From NCBI RefSeq assembly GCF_000008645.1, contig NC_000916.1, forward strand, positions 450,001 to 482,000: a DNA stretch of 32,000 bases. Direction: 5' to 3'. How positions within the stretch are numbered: the stretch's first letter is position 1; each line of letters starts with the position of its first letter. The position numbers and the translations under genes were made by a program. Source of the DNA: Methanothermobacter thermautotrophicus str. Delta H (lineage in GTDB: Archaea; Methanobacteriota; Methanobacteria; Methanobacteriales; Methanothermobacteraceae). The notes under the pieces were generated by a model. The model had not been told where the DNA came from. It did no database searches and saw only the letters and a program-made list of their open reading frames with translations. Positions 28,303 through 32,000 of the stretch are shown here, piece by piece.

Positions 28303-28812
28303 GTGATGTGTTTGAGCAGATATGAGAAGGCGACCTTCGGGGCCGGATGCTTCTGGGGGGTCGAGGACGCCTTCAGAAAGGTTGATGGTGTTGTATCAAC
28401 CCGTGTGGGATACATGGGGGGTCACCTTGAGAACCCCACATATGAGGATGTCTGCACCGGTCTTACAGGACACGCAGAGGTGGTTGAGGTAACCTTTGAC
28501 CCTGATGTTGTGGGTTACAGCGACCTCCTTGATGTGTTCTGGAGCATACATGACCCGACGACCCTCAACAGGCAGGGCCCGGATGTGGGAGAGCAGTACC
28601 GCTCGGTCATATTCTACCACAGCGATGAGCAGCGAAGGGCTGCCATTGAGTCAAGAAGGAGACTTGAGGAGTCTGGAAGGTTCAGAGACAGGATAGTTAC
28701 AGCCATTGAACCAGCAGGGACCTTTTATGAGGCCGAGGAGTACCACCAGCAGTACCTTGAGAAGAACCCCCGGAGGAGATGCTACCTCATGAGACTACTC
28801 TCAACGAGGTGA
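28303..28812 (+). CDS. msrA: Peptide-methionine (S)-S-oxide reductase
   Basis: '[31 protein letters not shown]', '[16 protein letters not shown]', '[16 protein letters not shown]'. Confidence 0.95.
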   Translation: MMCLSRYEKATFGAGCFWGVEDAFRKVDGVVSTRVGYMGGHLENPTYEDVCTGLTGHAEVVEVTFDPDVVGYSDLLDVFWSIHDPTTLNRQGPDVGEQYRSVIFYHSDEQRRAAIESRRRLEESGRFRDRIVTAIEPAGTFYEAEEYHQQYLEKNPRRRCYLMRLLSTR

Positions 28813-28816
28813 TCCA

Positions 28817-30483
28817 GTGAAGATCAATGATGATGCTTCAATCGTCCTCTGCGGTGAGGCAGGGCAGGGCATACAGACCGTCGAGGCCCTCCTCATAAGG
28901 CCTTCAAGGCCACCGGCTACCACATATTCTCCTGCAAGGAGTACATGTCCCGTGTGCGTGGAGGGGAGAACTCCACACTGATAAGGGTATCATCCACACC
29001 GGTCCGGGCCTTCATAGAAAGGGTGGATGTGCTGTTTGCACTGAGCCCCGGTGCAGTGGAACACATGGATGGCCGTGTGAAGGATACACTGGTCATTGCA
29101 GATGAGGAGTTCCATGAGGAGGGCGCCATCAGCCTCCCGATAATGGGGGAGGCAGAGAAGCTGGGGGGCAGGATATTCGCCAATGTCGTTGCAGCGGGTG
29201 CAGCCGCAAACCTCTTCGGTGTCAGAGAGGAAACATTCGATGAAGCCGTGCGGTCCCTATTCGAACGCAAGGGCCCTGACATAGTAGAGGCCGACCTCAG
29301 GGCCGGGAGGAAGGGCTATGAACTGGGTGATGAACTCAGGGAGCACCTTGAGATCAGCATTGAACCCCAGCCATCGGTGAGGGAACACGTTGTCCTCAAC
29401 GGGACAGAAGCCGTTGGCATAGGGTGCATCGCCGGGGGCTGCCGCTTCATGTCATCATACCCCATGACACCATCAACTCCACTCCAGGTATTCATATCAG
29501 AGAACGCCGCTGAATTCGACATGGTATTCGAGCAGGCAGAGGATGAGATTGCAGCCATCAACATGTGCCTGGGGGCCTCCTATGCGGGTGCACGGTCCCT
29601 TGTCGCAACCTCAGGTAGCGGATTTGCCCTCATGGAGGAGGCCGTTGGCCTTGCAGGTATGATAGAAACACCTGTGGTTATATACATAGGCCAGAGGCCG
29701 GGGCCGGCTGTTGGTCTTCCCACCAGGACAGCCCAGGAGGACCTGAACCTCGCCCTCTACGCAGGCCCCGGTGAGTTCCCAAGGGCAATTCTGGCTCCAG
29801 GGAAACTCGAGGATGCCCCTGAAATCGCGGCCCATGCCTTCAACCTGGCAGACAGGTACCAGATACCTGTATTTCTGCTCTCAGACCAGTACCTGGCAGA
29901 CCTCTACTACGACCTACCCTCACCCCAGATCGGTGAGGAACCCTCTTACCATATCACCCGGACATGGGAGGGTTACAGGAGATTCGAGTTCACAGCTGAT
30001 GGTATATCACCCAGGGGTATTCCAGGCTACGGGTCCGGGACGGTACGGGTGGACTCAGATGAGCACGATGAGGAGGGCCTGATAACAGAGGACCTTGATG
30101 TGAGGAGGAGGATGGTTGAGAAGAGGAACCTGCGCCTTGAGATGCTGAAGGATGACACCCTGAAGCCTGAGGTGTACGGTGATAACTCCTCTGCACTGAT
30201 ATGCTGGGGTTCCACCTACTGGCTGGTACGGGAGGCCATCGAGTCATCCGGTGCAGATGTGAGCATGGTGCACTTCAGCCAGGTCTACCCCCTCCCCCAT
30301 GACACCCTGGAGCTCCTGGAATCATTCGACAGGACCGCTGTGGTTGAGAACAATTACCGCGGACAGTTCGCGGACCTCCTCAAGCTTGAGGGATTTGAGG
30401 CCGATGAAAGGTTCAGGAGGTACGATGGCATGCCCTTCAGCGTTGAGGGGGTTGCCGGATTCATCGAGGAGGTTCTCCTATGA
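28817..30483 (+). CDS. 2-oxoacid:acceptor (ferredoxin) oxidoreductase, fused gamma/alpha subunit (N-terminal frameshift)
   Basis: GTG at 28817 with GAGGTG RBS gives [27 protein letters not shown]; the frame then changes near 28897 to [25 protein letters not shown]; alpha domain '[19 protein letters not shown]'. Confidence 0.85.
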
Positions 30484-31346
30484 GGCCAGAGGATTATGAC
30501 ATGAATGTTGAAATTGCATGGTGTCCAGGATGCGGTAACTTCTCCATCCTGAGGGCCCTCAAGATGGCCCTTGCAGACCTGGATATACTCCCTGAGAGGC
30601 TTGTCCTTGTCTCGGGGATAGGCCAGGCAGGGAAGCTCCCCCAGTACCTGAAGTGCAACCACTTCAATGGACTTCATGGCAGATCCCTCCCTGCTGCAGT
30701 GGCCATCAAGGCCACGAACCCCCAGCTCACAGTCATCGATGTGAGCGGTGACGGCTGCATGTACGGTGAGGGCGGAAACCACCTCATCCATAACATCCGG
30801 AGGAACCCGGACATAACCACCATCGTTCATGGCAACATGGTCTACGGTCTCACCAAGGGCCAGGCGTCCCCCACAAGTCAGCCCGGCTTCAGGACTCCTG
30901 TGCAGGTTCAGGGGGTCTTTGAGGAACCATTCAACCCATTAGCCGTGGCGGTTGCCCTGGGGGCCACCTTCGTTGCAAGGGCCTTCTCAGGGGATGTTGA
31001 GAGGACGCGTGACATACTGGTCGAGGCTATCAGCCATCATGGTTATGCCCTCGTGGATATATTCCAGCCCTGTGTGACCTTCAACCGTGTTAACACCTTC
31101 CAGTGGTTCCGGGAACACACATACTACACCGATCATGATCCTGCAGACAGGTTGCTGGCCCTTGAGAAATCCCTTGAGGGATACGGTGGGGGTAGGTTTC
31201 CACTGGGTGTCATATACAGAGTTGAGGGTGAGAGGACCTTCGAGGAAAATCTCAGTGTATACCATGGGGATGCCACTCCCCTCTGGAGGCGGAGCCATGA
31301 CCCTGATAAACTGAAGCGTCTCATTGAATCAAAGAGGATGGTGTAG
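30480..31346 (+). CDS. 2-oxoacid:acceptor oxidoreductase beta subunit (TPP-binding)
   Basis: '[18 protein letters not shown]', '[46 protein letters not shown]' (reads VSGDGCMYG in the ORF); ATGA overlap with alpha. Confidence 0.9.
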   Translation: MRPEDYDMNVEIAWCPGCGNFSILRALKMALADLDILPERLVLVSGIGQAGKLPQYLKCNHFNGLHGRSLPAAVAIKATNPQLTVIDVSGDGCMYGEGGNHLIHNIRRNPDITTIVHGNMVYGLTKGQASPTSQPGFRTPVQVQGVFEEPFNPLAVAVALGATFVARAFSGDVERTRDILVEAISHHGYALVDIFQPCVTFNRVNTFQWFREHTYYTDHDPADRLLALEKSLEGYGGGRFPLGVIYRVEGERTFEENLSVYHGDATPLWRRSHDPDKLKRLIESKRMV

Positions 31347-31387
31347 CTTCAGTCAAACTGATGTATTTTATTTAATAGGGTGATAGA

Positions 31388-31723
31388 GTGACAGCTGAAA
31401 TCAGGCTCTACATAACTGAGGGTGAGGTTGAGGATTACAGGGTGTTTCTGGAGAGGCTCGAACAGTCGGGCCTCGAGTGGAGACCTGCAACCCCTGAGGA
31501 TGCCGATGCGGTCATAGTACTTGCGGGTCTATGGGGCACCCGGAGGGATGAGATACTGGGTGCTGTGGATCTTGCACGTAAATCATCAAAGCCCATAATA
31601 ACCGTGAGACCCTACGGCCTTGAGAATGTACCCCCTGAACTGGAAGCAGTGAGTTCCGAGGTCGTCGGCTGGAACCCCCACTGCATAAGGGATGCTCTCG
31701 AGGATGCCCTGGATGTGATCTAA
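31388..31723 (+). CDS. TIR-like (PF08937 / MTH538 / ThsB-like) domain protein
   Basis: 111 aa '[100 protein letters not shown]'; I recognise this as MTH538-like. Confidence 0.75.
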
Positions 31724-31951
31724 TTCGTTAAGTAGTAGCTACGATCAGGCTGAAGCTGTCTACGCATCCTCTGCAAGGCCTGCAGAACCATCATTATTCA
31801 GGTACCTCAGCTGATAACAGGTCCATAAAAATGATCACAATATTCAGAGGATAATAACTCCTGGTATTAACTCCTGGTATCAATAAGGTTGCCTGCTTGA
31901 CTGATGGGAATTCAAAAAAAAAGAAAAGGTTAGGGTTAGGGTGGCCATTTT

Positions 31952-32000
31952 CAGGCCGATGACTTAACCACAAACATGCCGGGCTTCCTTGAGGTCGGGT
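31952..32000 (-). CDS. C-terminus of a downstream gene (truncated by window)
   Basis: Minus-strand frame reads PTSRKPGMFVVKSSA* with stop at 31952; only 16 codons visible. Confidence 0.3.

Noticed and set aside
31388-31723. Complete Thoeris defence system
   Set aside because: Only the ThsB-like TIR component is visible; no ThsA-like gene in the window.
31931-31946. TTAGGGTTAGGG telomere-like repeat
   Set aside because: Only two units in an intergenic stretch of a presumably circular archaeal genome; probably chance.
1-32000. CRISPR array near the CARF-like gene
   Set aside because: No regularly spaced direct repeats were seen anywhere in the window.

Overview
This window looks like an archaeal chromosome segment from Methanothermobacter or a close relative. 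The evidence is an Hmd paralog, a pseudomurein-type Mur ligase cluster, BRE/TATA-like promoters and high coding density. No rRNA, tRNA, CRISPR array or transposase was found. Main content, left to right: the tail of a DUF2357-like nuclease; a roadblock protein plus an Hmd-family paralog lacking the canonical His14 region; a K+ channel; YbjQ-like proteins; two secreted 'FxYP-x-W' lipoproteins; an overlapping UvrD-type helicase / RecB-family Fe-S nuclease-HEAT pair; an ARPP-1-like protein; a very large predicted surface-anchored CobN/BchH-like protein with a 16-bp perfect palindrome at its promoter; a two-gene operon pairing a CARF-like/wHTH regulator with a P-loop ATPase; small membrane and secreted proteins, including a pseudomurein-binding-repeat-like protein and an M14-like metallopeptidase; a minus-strand cluster of three Mur ligase modules, a secreted protein and an NTP-transferase; a class III signal peptide pilin-like protein; MsrA; a two-subunit 2-oxoacid oxidoreductase; and an MTH538/ThsB-like TIR-fold protein. 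At least ten genes show signs of single-base indels, where protein homology continues in another frame, often at short homopolymers. These should be treated as probable sequencing errors until checked. The best candidates for an underexplored system are the CARF-like/ATPase operon, the helicase/nuclease pair, and the surface CobN protein with its palindromic operator. All family assignments come from motif recognition; no database search was run.
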